A stretch of 64,000 bases of DNA from an uncultured delta proteobacterium. Its GTDB lineage: Bacteria > Myxococcota_A > Polyangia > Polyangiales > B10-G4. The position numbers and the translations under genes are program-made. Positions 53,002 through 63,572 of the stretch are shown here, piece by piece. The notes below the pieces were generated by a model, which was given only the letters and a program-made list of their open reading frames with translations, made no database searches and was not told the DNA's origin. Numbering within the stretch: the stretch's first letter is position 1; the number at the start of each line of letters is the position of its first letter. The DNA lies in NCBI GenBank assembly GCA_963727445.1, contig CAVSGI010000009.1, positions 160,001 to 224,000 of the forward strand, read 5' to 3'.

Positions 53002-54177
53002 ATGGCCGAGGACGACGCGGGCGCTTCCGGGCGCCCCTCCTACGAATATGGCGAGCGCGAGGTGGGCGATCTCTCGGCCCACGCCCTTTCCCCCGGCCAG
53101 GGACGCATCAGCGGCGCGCTTTCTCTCCTGCTCGGCGTCGGCTCCCTCTTCGGCGTCGCGTGCTTCTACTTCCCGGATCTGCTCACCACGCGAGAGCTCC
53201 GGGAGGTCTACGACGTCGCGGTCATCCGCAAAGTGCTGATGGTCGCGATGTACGTCGCGCTGGGCACCGGCATCTTCAGCTTCATCCGGGCGCGCGGTCA
53301 GCGCTGGATGGGCGCCGTCGGCGTGACCGCGACAGTCCTGTCGTTTCTCGCGGGCGGCTACCAGGTGCCTGTCGGCCCGGTGGAGCAAACGGGGCCCGGG
53401 GTGGGTGTCGACTGGATGCTCCTCGACCTGCTCAAGTCGACGATCATCTTCATCTTCCTCGAGAAGCTCTGGCCCAAGTATCCAGGCCAACCGATCCTGC
53501 GTCCCGAGTGGCAGCTCGACCTCGGCTACTTCGGCGTCAATCACCTCGCCATCGGCGTGTTGCTCATCATCGCCAACGGGTTCGCGCCGGAGGTCTTCGG
53601 CTGGGCGGTCAACGACACGGTGCAGAGCTTCGTCTCGAATCTGTGGCTCCCCGCGCAGGTGCTTCTGCTGATGTTCTGCGCCGACTTCGTCCAATACTGG
53701 CTCCATCGCGCCTATCACGAGGTTCCGTGGCTCTGGGGCTTGCACGCCGTCCATCATTCGGCGGAGCACATGGACTGGCTCGCTGGATCGCGCACCCACA
53801 TCGTTCAGACCCTCGTCGACCGCTGCCTCGTCTTCGTGCCGCTCTATCTCCTCGGCCCGAGTGAAAAGGCGCTCAACACCTACGTGGTCATCGTCGCCTT
53901 CCAGGCGGTGCTCATTCACTCGAACATCAACTGGAAGTTCGGTCCGCTGAGGTACCTGCTGGTCACGCCCCAGTTCCACCACTGGCACCACAGCAAGGAC
54001 AAGCCCGCGATCGACACCAACTACGCGGCGCACCTGCCCTTGCTCGACTGGATGTTCCGCACCTATCACATGCCCGACGAGCACTGGCCCAAGGAGTACG
54101 GGACCCTCAAGCGCCTTCCGCGCACCTTCGTTCGACAGCTCGTCTACCCCTTCGTCGGAGGCGAGGAGCGCGAATAG
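53002..54177 (+). CDS. Sterol desaturase / fatty acid hydroxylase family protein
   Basis: His boxes HRAYH, HAVHH, HSN, FHHWHH. Confidence 0.9.
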   Translation: MAEDDAGASGRPSYEYGEREVGDLSAHALSPGQGRISGALSLLLGVGSLFGVACFYFPDLLTTRELREVYDVAVIRKVLMVAMYVALGTGIFSFIRARGQRWMGAVGVTATVLSFLAGGYQVPVGPVEQTGPGVGVDWMLLDLLKSTIIFIFLEKLWPKYPGQPILRPEWQLDLGYFGVNHLAIGVLLIIANGFAPEVFGWAVNDTVQSFVSNLWLPAQVLLLMFCADFVQYWLHRAYHEVPWLWGLHAVHHSAEHMDWLAGSRTHIVQTLVDRCLVFVPLYLLGPSEKALNTYVVIVAFQAVLIHSNINWKFGPLRYLLVTPQFHHWHHSKDKPAIDTNYAAHLPLLDWMFRTYHMPDEHWPKEYGTLKRLPRTFVRQLVYPFVGGEERE

Positions 54178-54466
54178 GGAGGGGCCTCAGCGGAGCAGGG
54201 CGAAGTCCGGGATGATCCCGCGACCACGGCCCTCGGGGAACATGGTCCCTCGATGGCGACACGCGATTCGAGGTATCTCGCGTTTGTCGGGTGATCCCGG
54301 CCCCGGGGCCCTCCAGGGGCCCCTCGGAGGCCTCGAATCTTTTTTCGTGGCGCCACCCCCCCACCCGCGCTACCTTGGCGCCCTAACGCTGCTCGTTGCA
54401 GCGCGCTCCACTCCTCGCGGCAGGGTAGTCAGGGCAACCCAAGCGCCGCCGAGTGAGAAGAGACGA

Positions 54467-54757
54467 GTGAACGAGGCCAGATTGGACCGCGGCCCCCGTG
54501 GGCAAGAAGCGGAAGAGTCGCAGATCGCGAACCTGGGCCGCCGGTGGGCGGAATCGGTTCGCGAGAGCCTTGCTGACGAGGGGCGACCCGCGTGTGGCGG
54601 CTGGCCCGGAACCGTCTCTGAAGCGCGGGCTCGCGTGCATGGCGAGGCGACCTCGCCCAGCGAGCACGAGCGTCTGGCGCGTCTCCTCTACGACGCCGCG
54701 CGCGCGTTCTGGCTCCAGAACCGCGATCCGCTCGCCGCGGAGCCGAGCCACAGCTGA
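54467..54757 (+). CDS. Small hypothetical protein
   Basis: GTG start; GRRWA..GGWPGTVSEARAR..LY..AR..W; co-oriented with the downstream operon. Confidence 0.5.
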   Translation: MNEARLDRGPRGQEAEESQIANLGRRWAESVRESLADEGRPACGGWPGTVSEARARVHGEATSPSEHERLARLLYDAARAFWLQNRDPLAAEPSHS

Positions 54758-54804
54758 CGGACTGGCATTTCTCGCCGGTTCACCTGAACGAAAAGAGATA
54801 GAGA

Positions 54805-55086
54805 ATGAGTAAGAAGCTATTCGTAGGCGGCCTGAGCTGGGACACCAACGACCGGGGGCTCGAAGAAGCCTTCGCGACGTTTGGCACGGTCCTCGAGGCC
54901 AAGGTCATTACCGACCGTGACACTGGGCGTTCCCGTGGTTTCGGGTTCGTCACCCTCGAAGACGCCGGCGCCGCTCAGACGGCGATGGAAGAGATGGATG
55001 GCGCGACCCTCGACGGACGCAGCATCCGCGTCAACGAGGCGAACGAGCGTTCGCGCGACAGCCGTCCTCGCCGCAAGGAGTGGTGA
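54805..55086 (+). CDS. RRM RNA-binding protein
   Basis: KLFVGGL (RNP2), RGFGFV (RNP1). Confidence 0.95.
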   Translation: MSKKLFVGGLSWDTNDRGLEEAFATFGTVLEAKVITDRDTGRSRGFGFVTLEDAGAAQTAMEEMDGATLDGRSIRVNEANERSRDSRPRRKEW

Positions 55087-55089
55087 CAC

Positions 55090-56376
55090 ATCGAAGCCGT
55101 AACTTTCGATGATCTCGGCCTCGGCCCCGACGTCCTCAGGGCCGTGGCCGAGGCCGGTTACCGCGAGCCCACGCCCATCCAGCGCAAGGCGGTACCTCCA
55201 GCTCTCGCTGGACGAGATCTCCTGGGCTCCGCCCAGACGGGGACGGGCAAGACGGCGGCCTTCGGTCTGCCGCTCCTCGAGCGCGTGTCGGCGACCGCCG
55301 GCAAGAAGGTCGTCCTGCGTGCGCTGATCCTCACGCCCACACGTGAGCTCGCCGCTCAGATCGGCGACAACCTCGCCACTTACGGCAGGTACCTGTCCCT
55401 CTATCACACGGTGATCTTCGGGGGTGTGAACGACAAGCCGCAGATCGACGAGCTCGACAAGGGCGTCGACGTTCTGGTGGCCACCCCCGGGCGCCTCCTC
55501 GACTTGATGGGCCGGGGCCTCGTCGACCTGGCCGACGTGGAGATCTTCGTCCTCGACGAGGCGGACCGCATGTTGGACATGGGCTTCCTGCCAGACGTGA
55601 AGCGCGTGATCGCGGCGCTCCCGACCGAGCGTCAGACCCTCTTCTTTTCGGCGACGATGCCGAAGGAGATCCGCGCGCTCGCAGAGGATCTCCTCGACGA
55701 TCCCGTCACCGTTGCGGTGGCACCGGTTTCGGCCGCTGCCGACAACGTCGCGCAGCGGGTCTACTTCGTCGACAAGGCCGACAAGAAGCGGCTGCTCGTC
55801 GACCTCCTACGTGACGAGGCGCTCGAGCACACCCTGGTGTTCTCCCGGACGAAGCACGGCGCGAACCGCGTGGTGAAGCAGCTCGACCGGGCGGGGATCG
55901 CCGCGGCGGCAATTCACGGCAACAAGTCCCAGGGCGCGCGCACTCGCGCCCTCGACGGGTTCCGCTCCGGCGATCTCAACGTGTTGATCGCCACGGACAT
56001 CGCCGCGCGCGGCATCGACGTCGAGGGGATCACACACGTGATCAACTACGATCTGCCGAACGTGCCCGAGACGTACGTCCATCGGATCGGGCGAACGGCC
56101 CGCGCCGGCGCTTCGGGCGTCGCCGTGTCGTTCTGCGAGACGGAGGAGCGCCCCTATCTCGCCGACATCGAGCGCCTGTTGGGCAAACACATCGACCGCG
56201 CTCTGGACCACGGCTATCCGCCATCCGAGCCACCGCCTCCCCCGACCGACCTCGCCCCGAGAAAGGGTGAGCGTCGAGCTCGGCCTTCGAGGAGCGGAGG
56301 ACCCGAGCGCGCCGGGCGCAATGGTGGCAGGCGTGGTGGCTGGCGGCGCCGCGGCTCCCGCCGTCAGTCTCGCTGA
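55090..56376 (+). CDS. DEAD-box RNA helicase (RhlE-like); start inferred, possibly ATC
   Basis: [41 protein letters not shown]. Confidence 0.9.
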   Translation: MEAVTFDDLGLGPDVLRAVAEAGYREPTPIQRKAVPPALAGRDLLGSAQTGTGKTAAFGLPLLERVSATAGKKVVLRALILTPTRELAAQIGDNLATYGRYLSLYHTVIFGGVNDKPQIDELDKGVDVLVATPGRLLDLMGRGLVDLADVEIFVLDEADRMLDMGFLPDVKRVIAALPTERQTLFFSATMPKEIRALAEDLLDDPVTVAVAPVSAAADNVAQRVYFVDKADKKRLLVDLLRDEALEHTLVFSRTKHGANRVVKQLDRAGIAAAAIHGNKSQGARTRALDGFRSGDLNVLIATDIAARGIDVEGITHVINYDLPNVPETYVHRIGRTARAGASGVAVSFCETEERPYLADIERLLGKHIDRALDHGYPPSEPPPPPTDLAPRKGERRARPSRSGGPERAGRNGGRRGGWRRRGSRRQSR

Positions 56377-56434
56377 TCTCGCGCGAGGTTCGGCGAAGAC
56401 GGCGCCGCCCGAACGCGGTTGACGCCCTGCTGCG

Positions 56435-56890
56435 TCAGCGAAGGGCGTCGAAGTCCGGCTCGTCGAGCTCGAAGGTGAAGGGTAGCGGGAGCTTTGCGTC
56501 TTCCAGTCTGATCAGCAGCAGCATCAGGTCGGTCGAAGTGACGAGCCCGATGAGCTTCTGCGCGGCATCCACGACGGGCACGGCGTCGATCTTGAGCTCG
56601 GTCATCGTCCGCACCAGGTCGGCGACGTCGGTGTTGGCCTCGCAGACGTAGGGCGCGGGCGTCATCACTTCGGTGACCGTGACACCGTCGACCTCCATCA
56701 TTCCCTCCCCCAACGGGCTCGCGTGCAGGAGGACGTCGCGATCGGAGACGATTCCCACCAGGCAGCCGGCCTCGACGACGGGCAGGTGCCGGAACCGGCC
56801 CTGCTTCATCATCCGCCACGCATCCGAGAGCGGGAAGGCCGGGGGAACGACCACGACGCGGCGAGTCATCGGTTCCTTGGCGAGCGTCAT
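56435..56890 (-). CDS. CBS-domain pair protein
   Basis: FRHLPVV..LVGIVSDRD; VPVVD..LIGLVTSTD. Confidence 0.88.
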   Translation of the reverse strand: MTLAKEPMTRRVVVVPPAFPLSDAWRMMKQGRFRHLPVVEAGCLVGIVSDRDVLLHASPLGEGMMEVDGVTVTEVMTPAPYVCEANTDVADLVRTMTELKIDAVPVVDAAQKLIGLVTSTDLMLLLIRLEDAKLPLPFTFELDEPDFDALR

Positions 56891-56962
56891 GGTCGTCAGG
56901 TAAACACCGCGCACGCGTTGGGAAGGGCGGCTCTCGGTCACGGCTGATCGACGTGCCGGCCG

Positions 56963-58024
56963 TCAGAGGCATACACCGAAATTGGACGGATCGTAGGGAA
57001 CGCAGTCCGTGGCGCTCGAGCAGCCGCTGGCGCGTATGTCGCAGTACGCGAGACAGGTCAGTGTGGACGTGTCGCCCGTGCACGTGAGGCCGGGCAGACA
57101 ATCGCCGTAGGCCGTGCACGTCTGGCCCTCCGATCGCGTCCCCGCGGGTCCACAGTACGTGTGACCCATCTCGTCGTAGATGTCGCACTTCGTGCCGGCG
57201 GGACACACGTCCGTCCGTGTCGGATTGCACCCGGTGGAGCACACCCCGGCGTCGAGGGTAGTGGGCGCGCAGAAGGTCCCTTCCGCCACCGGGCAATCGG
57301 CGTCCGTCCTGCACCACCGGAGACAGATGCTCGGCGTCGAACCGTCGGAGCTCGTCGCGGTACAGGTGAGCCCGCGCGCGCAGTCGATGACGTCCAGACA
57401 CTCGGCGTTGTCGCCCGCGGCGCCCGCGGTGTAGCAGACGTAATCCGGTGTGGTCTCGGTACCCGAGTAGACGCACTGGAGGCCCGGACCGCAGAGCGTC
57501 TGATCCACGAGGTCTTCGGCCGTGCAAAACCCTCCGGTCGTCGCGTCCGTCGAGGAGTCGAACATCGCATCGACGGTGGCCGCGTCCGAGCCAGCGTCGA
57601 CCAGCAGATCCTCGCAGACGCCCGAAGTACAACGCGAGGCCTCGCAGCGTCGACTGGGGCGCAAGGTGTCGACCAGGGTGAGCGTCACGGTCTCACCGGG
57701 CGCAAGCGGCAGGGTGCGCTCCTGACAGGCGAGCGCGTAGACGACGCATGCGTCGTCGACGGCGACCGCATCGAAGCCGTAAACGCCGGGCGGGAGCACG
57801 CCGGGTCGCGGTCCCATCGCCTCTCCAGGGATCACCGCGGTGGCGTAGAGCTCGGTGGTACCGTCGCAACCGCCACCGAGGATCCTCGCCTCGACACGCG
57901 CAGCACGCAGGGGATCGGTGCCAGTGCCGAAGACGACCTCCCAACCGAGATCGCGATCGGGAGATCCACACCCCGCGGTGGCGAGAAGGAGCGCGGCGAC
58001 CATCGCGGGACCCCTGGGTGGCAT
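56963..58024 (-). CDS. Cys-rich lipoprotein
   Basis: LLLATAGC; C....DC..GL.C repeats. Confidence 0.7.
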   Translation of the reverse strand: MPPRGPAMVAALLLATAGCGSPDRDLGWEVVFGTGTDPLRAARVEARILGGGCDGTTELYATAVIPGEAMGPRPGVLPPGVYGFDAVAVDDACVVYALACQERTLPLAPGETVTLTLVDTLRPSRRCEASRCTSGVCEDLLVDAGSDAATVDAMFDSSTDATTGGFCTAEDLVDQTLCGPGLQCVYSGTETTPDYVCYTAGAAGDNAECLDVIDCARGLTCTATSSDGSTPSICLRWCRTDADCPVAEGTFCAPTTLDAGVCSTGCNPTRTDVCPAGTKCDIYDEMGHTYCGPAGTRSEGQTCTAYGDCLPGLTCTGDTSTLTCLAYCDIRASGCSSATDCVPYDPSNFGVCL

Positions 58025-58148
58025 GACGCTGCAGATGATAGCGGCTCGACCGGCCTCGGACGCGTCCACTCGAAACAGAGTTGAAACGGCTGAAACGAAC
58101 CGGGGGGACGGATGGGGCTCTTAATTCAGTCATTTCGATCCAGTCGGG

Positions 58149-58164
58149 TGGCACGGGGAGTGCT
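58149..58164 (+). promoter_or_regulatory. Putative sigma54 promoter
   Basis: TGGCACGGGGAGTGCT with correctly spaced GG/GC; AT-rich tract just upstream. Confidence 0.55.
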
Positions 58165-58177
58165 CCGAGGGTGCGCC

Positions 58178-58825
58178 ATGCTCACAGCCATTGGCGACGT
58201 CATGCGCCGCCTCTACGACCGCGGCTTCATCACCACGCGGGACGGGAACGCGAGCTTGAAACGCCGCGACTCCAAGTTCCTCTACATCACGCCTTCCGGG
58301 TGGCGGAAGACGATCCTTCACCCCGAGCACATCGTGAAGCTCCGCTTCGGCGAGGACCGCACGCTCGAGATCCCCGATGGCGAAAAGCCTTCGGGTGAGC
58401 TGCACATGCACTACCTCCTACAGCGGGATCACGAGACGACGCGCGCGGTGCTACATGCGCATCCGACCCACGTCGTCGCGGCGATGTACCGCGGATTCTC
58501 TCTACGGAGCATCGCGACGGAGTTCCCCGAGATCTTTCGATACACGCGGGTTGGACCGACCGTTCCGACGATCCCCGCCATCACCAAGGAGCTGGGCGAG
58601 GCGACGAGTGAGGCATTCGGAGTGCGAGCGGGGCGCGAAGCGCTCGCCTTCGACGTGGTCGGTCAAGCGAACCACGGTGTCACCGCTGTGGCGAAAGACC
58701 CCTGGGCGGCATACGAACACATCGAGCGCCTCGACCACGTCTGTCAGATCGTTCTCGCCAGCGGCGTGACGCCGGACGAGGTTCGAGAGAGTGCGACGAC
58801 CTGCCGCATGCAAGAGCGCGCATGA
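58178..58825 (+). CDS. Class II aldolase/adducin family protein
   Basis: DGNAS, ITPSG, PSGEL.MH, HAHP, NHGV. Confidence 0.88.
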   Translation: MLTAIGDVMRRLYDRGFITTRDGNASLKRRDSKFLYITPSGWRKTILHPEHIVKLRFGEDRTLEIPDGEKPSGELHMHYLLQRDHETTRAVLHAHPTHVVAAMYRGFSLRSIATEFPEIFRYTRVGPTVPTIPAITKELGEATSEAFGVRAGREALAFDVVGQANHGVTAVAKDPWAAYEHIERLDHVCQIVLASGVTPDEVRESATTCRMQERA

Positions 58826-58921
58826 GTTGCGCCACTGAAGCTCGCGCGAGCGATTGTTGGGAATACGTTGCCACCGAGGGAGTTCCCTTTCCGAGACTGG
58901 CTGCGTTCCTATGTGACGCTC

Positions 58922-59341
58922 GTGAAGGATGACCCCAAAGACGAGGCCCGACGACGGTTTCTGGTGAGCGCTGGGACCGTCGCCGCCGGCGCGTGCCTGG
59001 GCCTTGGATGTCGGGGGCTCCAGGTCCTCACGCACGACGTCTCCGTCGTCGTGGCCGACCATTCCGAGCTCACGTCTTTCGATCAGACGGCGCTCATCGA
59101 CGTGGGGCTCGGCTATCCGCTCGCGGTGACGCGTACCAGCGACACCGACTTCCTCGTCACGGGGACGGAGTGCAACCACGCGGGCTGCGAGGTCACGCGC
59201 TCCGGCACGGGATGGCGATGCCCCTGTCACGGCTCGGTCTTCGATCTCGACGGGACCCTCCGTCGCGGGCCGGCCACCGCGAGCCTGACGACGTACGACT
59301 ACGTGTTCGACGGGACGACGCTCACGATTCACGGCCAGTAG
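58922..59341 (+). CDS. Tat-exported Rieske [2Fe-2S] protein
   Basis: RRRFL signal; CNHAGC and CPCHGS. Confidence 0.88.
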   Translation: MKDDPKDEARRRFLVSAGTVAAGACLGLGCRGLQVLTHDVSVVVADHSELTSFDQTALIDVGLGYPLAVTRTSDTDFLVTGTECNHAGCEVTRSGTGWRCPCHGSVFDLDGTLRRGPATASLTTYDYVFDGTTLTIHGQ

Positions 59342-59440
59342 AAGCTTCGACAGAAGCCGATCGTCGACCCGGCATGGGACGGACGACGCGAAAGGTGTCG
59401 AAGAAGCGATCCGACGCGGGCCGTCGCACGTACCGTCTCC

Positions 59441-59989
59441 GTGAGGCTCCAGTGGTGGTTCGGAATCGTGGCCTGCGCGACGCTGCTGTGCCTGAGCTCG
59501 CCGGCGCGCGCATGGGATGGCCCGACCCTCTTCGGCCGGCCGGTCACGCGCACCGGCGTTCACTTCGAATTCGGTCTCGGCGTGGGAGTCGGCACGCAAG
59601 GTATTTTCGGGCTCCATCACACCATGGAGCTCGGCGGCACGCTGAAGAGTGGGGTCACCATCGCTTTGCTCCACACCTTCATCCAGAACCGTGGGATCGG
59701 ACCCGTGAGCAACGGGCCCGACCTGATCGGCGCGTGGATGGGGGAGGTGAAGGTGCCGATCTTCGTTCCGGAGATCGTCGCGAAGCTCGCGTTCGGCCTC
59801 GGCGGGGAGCACGACCAGAGCGACGGCATCCGCCTCATTCCGGGCATCGGTTGGGCGTACGGGATCGACTTCCACTTCCCGGTGGGACCGCGTCACGGGC
59901 CGACGCTGGGACTGACGGTGCTGCACACGCTCGCCGAGGGACGTCACAGCGTCGGCTTCGGCGTCGCGCTCGGATGGACGCTCTTCTGA
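59441..59989 (+). CDS. Putative small outer-membrane beta-barrel protein
   Basis: Signal ..PARA-W; Gly-rich amphipathic strands; C-terminal Phe. Confidence 0.55.
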   Translation: MRLQWWFGIVACATLLCLSSPARAWDGPTLFGRPVTRTGVHFEFGLGVGVGTQGIFGLHHTMELGGTLKSGVTIALLHTFIQNRGIGPVSNGPDLIGAWMGEVKVPIFVPEIVAKLAFGLGGEHDQSDGIRLIPGIGWAYGIDFHFPVGPRHGPTLGLTVLHTLAEGRHSVGFGVALGWTLF

Positions 59990-60046
59990 CCTCGCGCCGA
60001 ACACGCGGAGGGCGTCTCTCGACCGAATGTATGAGAACCTCGGAGC

Positions 60047-61072
60047 ATGCGTACGTGGCTCGCAATGCTCGCGCTCGTCGTCGGCTGCGGTGATTCCGCC
60101 GCTCCTGCCGGCTCGGGACCGGTGGTCAGCGAGCCGGCGCAGACGGGCGTGGAGCTCGTGCCATCCGCCGAAAACGGCGCCGATCCCGTTGGCACGAGCG
60201 ATGAGCCCGAAGCGACTGGAGATGCACCCGTCGCAGCGCCGGATCCCACCGCGCCACAGACGATGTTCTGGCACGGAAGTGCGGACATCGCGGGTGACGC
60301 GCACTTCGACCGCGGCAAGCCCCGGTATCACATCGTCGCCGGCGACTGCCTCGAGGATGGTGCGTGCGTCACAGCGGACGGGTTTCCCGCGATCCGAGTC
60401 GACGGAGCGGAGCTCTTGATCGCGATCGAGCAGGGCTTCGAGTACGACTATGGGATGGCCGAGCGGGGCAAGACCAAGGAGCTCGCCGCGCTCGAGCTGC
60501 TCCCCGCGCTGCACCCCCGCCACGTGTTGCCCCTCGTCGATCGCGAGGCTGCGCTCGCACACACGCGGGCGGGCGAAGAGTGCTGCGCCCAATTCGATGA
60601 TGACGAGGAGGGCTGTGAGCCGGCGGCGTGCAGTCCGAGTGACGCGACCGTGCGCCGAATCTCGGTCGAGGTACGCCGCGAGCTCGGAAATGACGTGGCC
60701 GCTGCCAACGCGTACATCCGCAAGAACCGGTACCGAACGCTCGTCGCGATCCCGGGAGCTTCGGAGGACGCACAGGGCGTGACCTTGCGGGTGAGCGTAG
60801 CGGAGGCGCCAGCCGCCGAGCCCGAGACCGAGGCCGAGCCCGAGGACGAGGCCGAGACAGAAGTGGTCGTGCGCGTGGTCGACGTCTCGAGCAACGCACC
60901 CCGCTTCGAGTCCAGGTTCACGACGTTGATCGAGGACTTCACGCCGGAGGTGCACGCCTGGCGCGACGCGGTCAGTGGGCTGGTGCTGGTGGAGGTCGCG
61001 CTGCCCACCGACGGCGAAAGCGACTACGACGGCGTCGAGATGCACTATCTGGTCGGTACGCTCTCCTCGTGA
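60047..61072 (+). CDS. Hypothetical lipoprotein
   Basis: MRTWLAMLALVVGC. Confidence 0.7.
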   Translation: MRTWLAMLALVVGCGDSAAPAGSGPVVSEPAQTGVELVPSAENGADPVGTSDEPEATGDAPVAAPDPTAPQTMFWHGSADIAGDAHFDRGKPRYHIVAGDCLEDGACVTADGFPAIRVDGAELLIAIEQGFEYDYGMAERGKTKELAALELLPALHPRHVLPLVDREAALAHTRAGEECCAQFDDDEEGCEPAACSPSDATVRRISVEVRRELGNDVAAANAYIRKNRYRTLVAIPGASEDAQGVTLRVSVAEAPAAEPETEAEPEDEAETEVVVRVVDVSSNAPRFESRFTTLIEDFTPEVHAWRDAVSGLVLVEVALPTDGESDYDGVEMHYLVGTLSS

Positions 61073-61108
61073 TGGCGCCCCAGGTCACCGATGTGGCAGC
61101 CTGACGCG

Positions 61109-62101
61109 ATGCGCACCGTCTCGTTCGTGGTGGCTCTCTCGGTCGTCTTCTTCGCCTCTGCGAGCGCATCGGCGCAGGTCGTGTGGAGCGGCGACTTCGA
61201 GACGGGAGACACCTCGCAGTTCCGAAACGAGCTGAACGGGATGGTGATGGGTCGCGACTACATCGTCGTGCAGACGGAGACGGTCACCGAGGGGACCTAT
61301 GCCGCGCGCGTCGAGCTCCACAACGACGCGGTCTGGCCGAACGGGCTCAAGCGCGTCGAGCTGAACCATCGACCCGACGACGCGCGGACGGCGGAGGGCG
61401 CCGAGCTCCACTTCGCCTGGAGCTTCTATCTGCCGGAGACTCTGCCGACGGATCCGTCGCAGACCATCGGCTACTGGGAGTCCGCCTCGAGCTATCAGCA
61501 GATGATGGCGCTTCGGCTGTCGGGAGAGGACCTGGTCTTCATCACCCGCAAGCCGACGAACGTGACGCAGTGGACGGGCACGGGTGTCGCCACCCCGGGC
61601 GAGTGGCATCGCGTCGCGCTCCACGTTCTTTGGTCGAAGGACGAGACCATCGGGCGCGTGGATTTGTGGTTCGACGGCATGCAGGTCGTCACGGACGCCG
61701 CCGCCCAGACCCTCGCCGACGACAATCCGCACTTCACCCAGATCGGGCTCTTGCGCGGTGCGATCGAATTCACGGACACGCCGGTGATCTATCTCGATGA
61801 CGCCGTCGAAGGGGACTCGCTCGACGACGTGAGGCCGGATCTCGCGGGCCTGCCGATGATGGACGCCGGCGTGCCCGATGGCGCACTGCCCGACGCGAGC
61901 CCGGTCGATTCCGCGACCGCCGATACGAGCACGCCGCCGCCGCCCGACGCCTCCGTCGATGCGTCGGCGGACACCTCCACCACGAGCCCCGGTGACGACG
62001 GCGGTTGTGGTTGCGGCTCGACGGGCAGCGCGCGAGGCGTCCCCCTGAGCGTCGCGCTCGTGTTCCTCGCGTTGCTCGGCACACGTCGCCGCCGTCGCTA
62101 G
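61109..62101 (+). CDS. Polysaccharide-lyase-like protein with MYXO-CTERM-like tail
   Basis: WSGDFETGD, KRVEL, WSFYLP, GEWHR..G.VDLWFDG; tail GCGC + TM + RRRRR. Confidence 0.7.
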   Translation: MRTVSFVVALSVVFFASASASAQVVWSGDFETGDTSQFRNELNGMVMGRDYIVVQTETVTEGTYAARVELHNDAVWPNGLKRVELNHRPDDARTAEGAELHFAWSFYLPETLPTDPSQTIGYWESASSYQQMMALRLSGEDLVFITRKPTNVTQWTGTGVATPGEWHRVALHVLWSKDETIGRVDLWFDGMQVVTDAAAQTLADDNPHFTQIGLLRGAIEFTDTPVIYLDDAVEGDSLDDVRPDLAGLPMMDAGVPDGALPDASPVDSATADTSTPPPPDASVDASADTSTTSPGDDGGCGCGSTGSARGVPLSVALVFLALLGTRRRRR

Positions 62102-62108
62102 CCGGGCT

Positions 62109-63572
62109 TCACTCGAGCGCGAGCTTGGCGAGGAACGTACCCCTGGATGTGAGGTCGACGGTGAGGCCGTCGACGACGAAGCTTCCATCGGCGTAGCCGC
62201 CGACGACGATCGCTCCGCCGGCCAGCACGGTCACGGCTTTCAGCCTATCGTCCCCGGAGCTTCCGAAAACACGTTTCCACAGCGTGTGGCCCGATGGGTC
62301 GAGCGCGACGATGTACGCATCGAGGCCGCCCGCACCACCGACGGGCGATCCATCGAAGACCGCGCCTGAATCGATGCCGCCGACGGCGTAGATCGAGCCG
62401 TCGCCGTCGATGGCGAGGTCGTCTCCGAAGCTCGGGCCGTCGACGCCATCTCCGATGAACCGCGCCCATCGAAGCGCACCGGCTGCATCGTAGGACGCCA
62501 CGAAACCCGCTGTCCCGGCCAGCGTGCGTACACCGTCGCCGAAATCGGTGTCGCCTCGGGTGCTTCCGACGACGTAGACGTTGCCGTCGCCAGCCACGAG
62601 CGGCTCTCGTGCGTATTGCTCGAGGGGCCCCGATATCGTCCACTGGCTCTCGATCACGCCGGCGCTCGTCACCACGAAGATCGCGACATCCTGGCCCCCG
62701 GCGGAGGGGATGACACCCGAGCCCAGGTCCAGTCCCGTCTCGAAGTTCTCGGTCACGACGAAACGATCCGCGGACAGCTCCGCTGCGCCAGAGAGAAATT
62801 GGGCGCCTGCTCCACCCCAGGCGAAGGACGCGAGCTGTGACCAGGCGTCGTCGAGGAGGGCGAAGCATCCCTCGCGGTCTGCCGAACCCGACAGTGCGCC
62901 GCCGCCGAAGTCGATGCCCGCGAAGCAGCCTCCGGTGACGACGATGCTGCCGTCGGCGCGCACGAGCACTCCATTTCCGTAGTCGTCGTCGCCGGAGCTG
63001 CCGAAGACCTCCGCATTGACGAAGCCGCCACCCCGGTCGTATCGAGCGACGAACCAATCGTCGGCGCCGAAAAATCGCTCGATTCCGCCGCCAAAATCGG
63101 CGGAACCCTGGATCAGTCCCCGGAACACGACGTCGCCGCTGGGATAGACGGCGAGCGCCCCCGTGATGTCGGAGCCCGCGGTGCCGGCCGTCTGGAGCCA
63201 ACGCAAGTTCAGATCGGCGTCGAAACACCCCATCCATGCGTCGTCGTCACCGACGCTCGTTCGCGTCACACCGCCGATGACGATGTCGGCGGCGAATGCA
63301 CCGCAGCTGCAGAAGCCGTCGCCGTGGGCCGCCAAGTCCTGGACCGCAAAGGACGGCAGCATCAGCGGGTCTATCGTCGGGGTCTCGATGGCGACGAGCT
63401 TGATGGTTGGCATCGCGGAGTCAGCATCGGCCGCGTCGGTGATCGATCCGTCGGATGCGTCCATCACCGTCGCGTCCGGGCCGACATCGGGGCCGTCGCT
63501 CAGCCGATCGAACCCGACCCGGCCACACCCGAGCGAGGCCAGCACCAGGACAGCCGCTGAGCCGAACCTCAT
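62109..63572 (-). CDS. Beta-propeller repeat (SBBP-like) lipoprotein
   Basis: SLGCGRVGFD; repeated DFGGG / GSSGDD / D..G...W motifs. Confidence 0.75.
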   Translation of the reverse strand: MRFGSAAVLVLASLGCGRVGFDRLSDGPDVGPDATVMDASDGSITDAADADSAMPTIKLVAIETPTIDPLMLPSFAVQDLAAHGDGFCSCGAFAADIVIGGVTRTSVGDDDAWMGCFDADLNLRWLQTAGTAGSDITGALAVYPSGDVVFRGLIQGSADFGGGIERFFGADDWFVARYDRGGGFVNAEVFGSSGDDDYGNGVLVRADGSIVVTGGCFAGIDFGGGALSGSADREGCFALLDDAWSQLASFAWGGAGAQFLSGAAELSADRFVVTENFETGLDLGSGVIPSAGGQDVAIFVVTSAGVIESQWTISGPLEQYAREPLVAGDGNVYVVGSTRGDTDFGDGVRTLAGTAGFVASYDAAGALRWARFIGDGVDGPSFGDDLAIDGDGSIYAVGGIDSGAVFDGSPVGGAGGLDAYIVALDPSGHTLWKRVFGSSGDDRLKAVTVLAGGAIVVGGYADGSFVVDGLTVDLTSRGTFLAKLALE

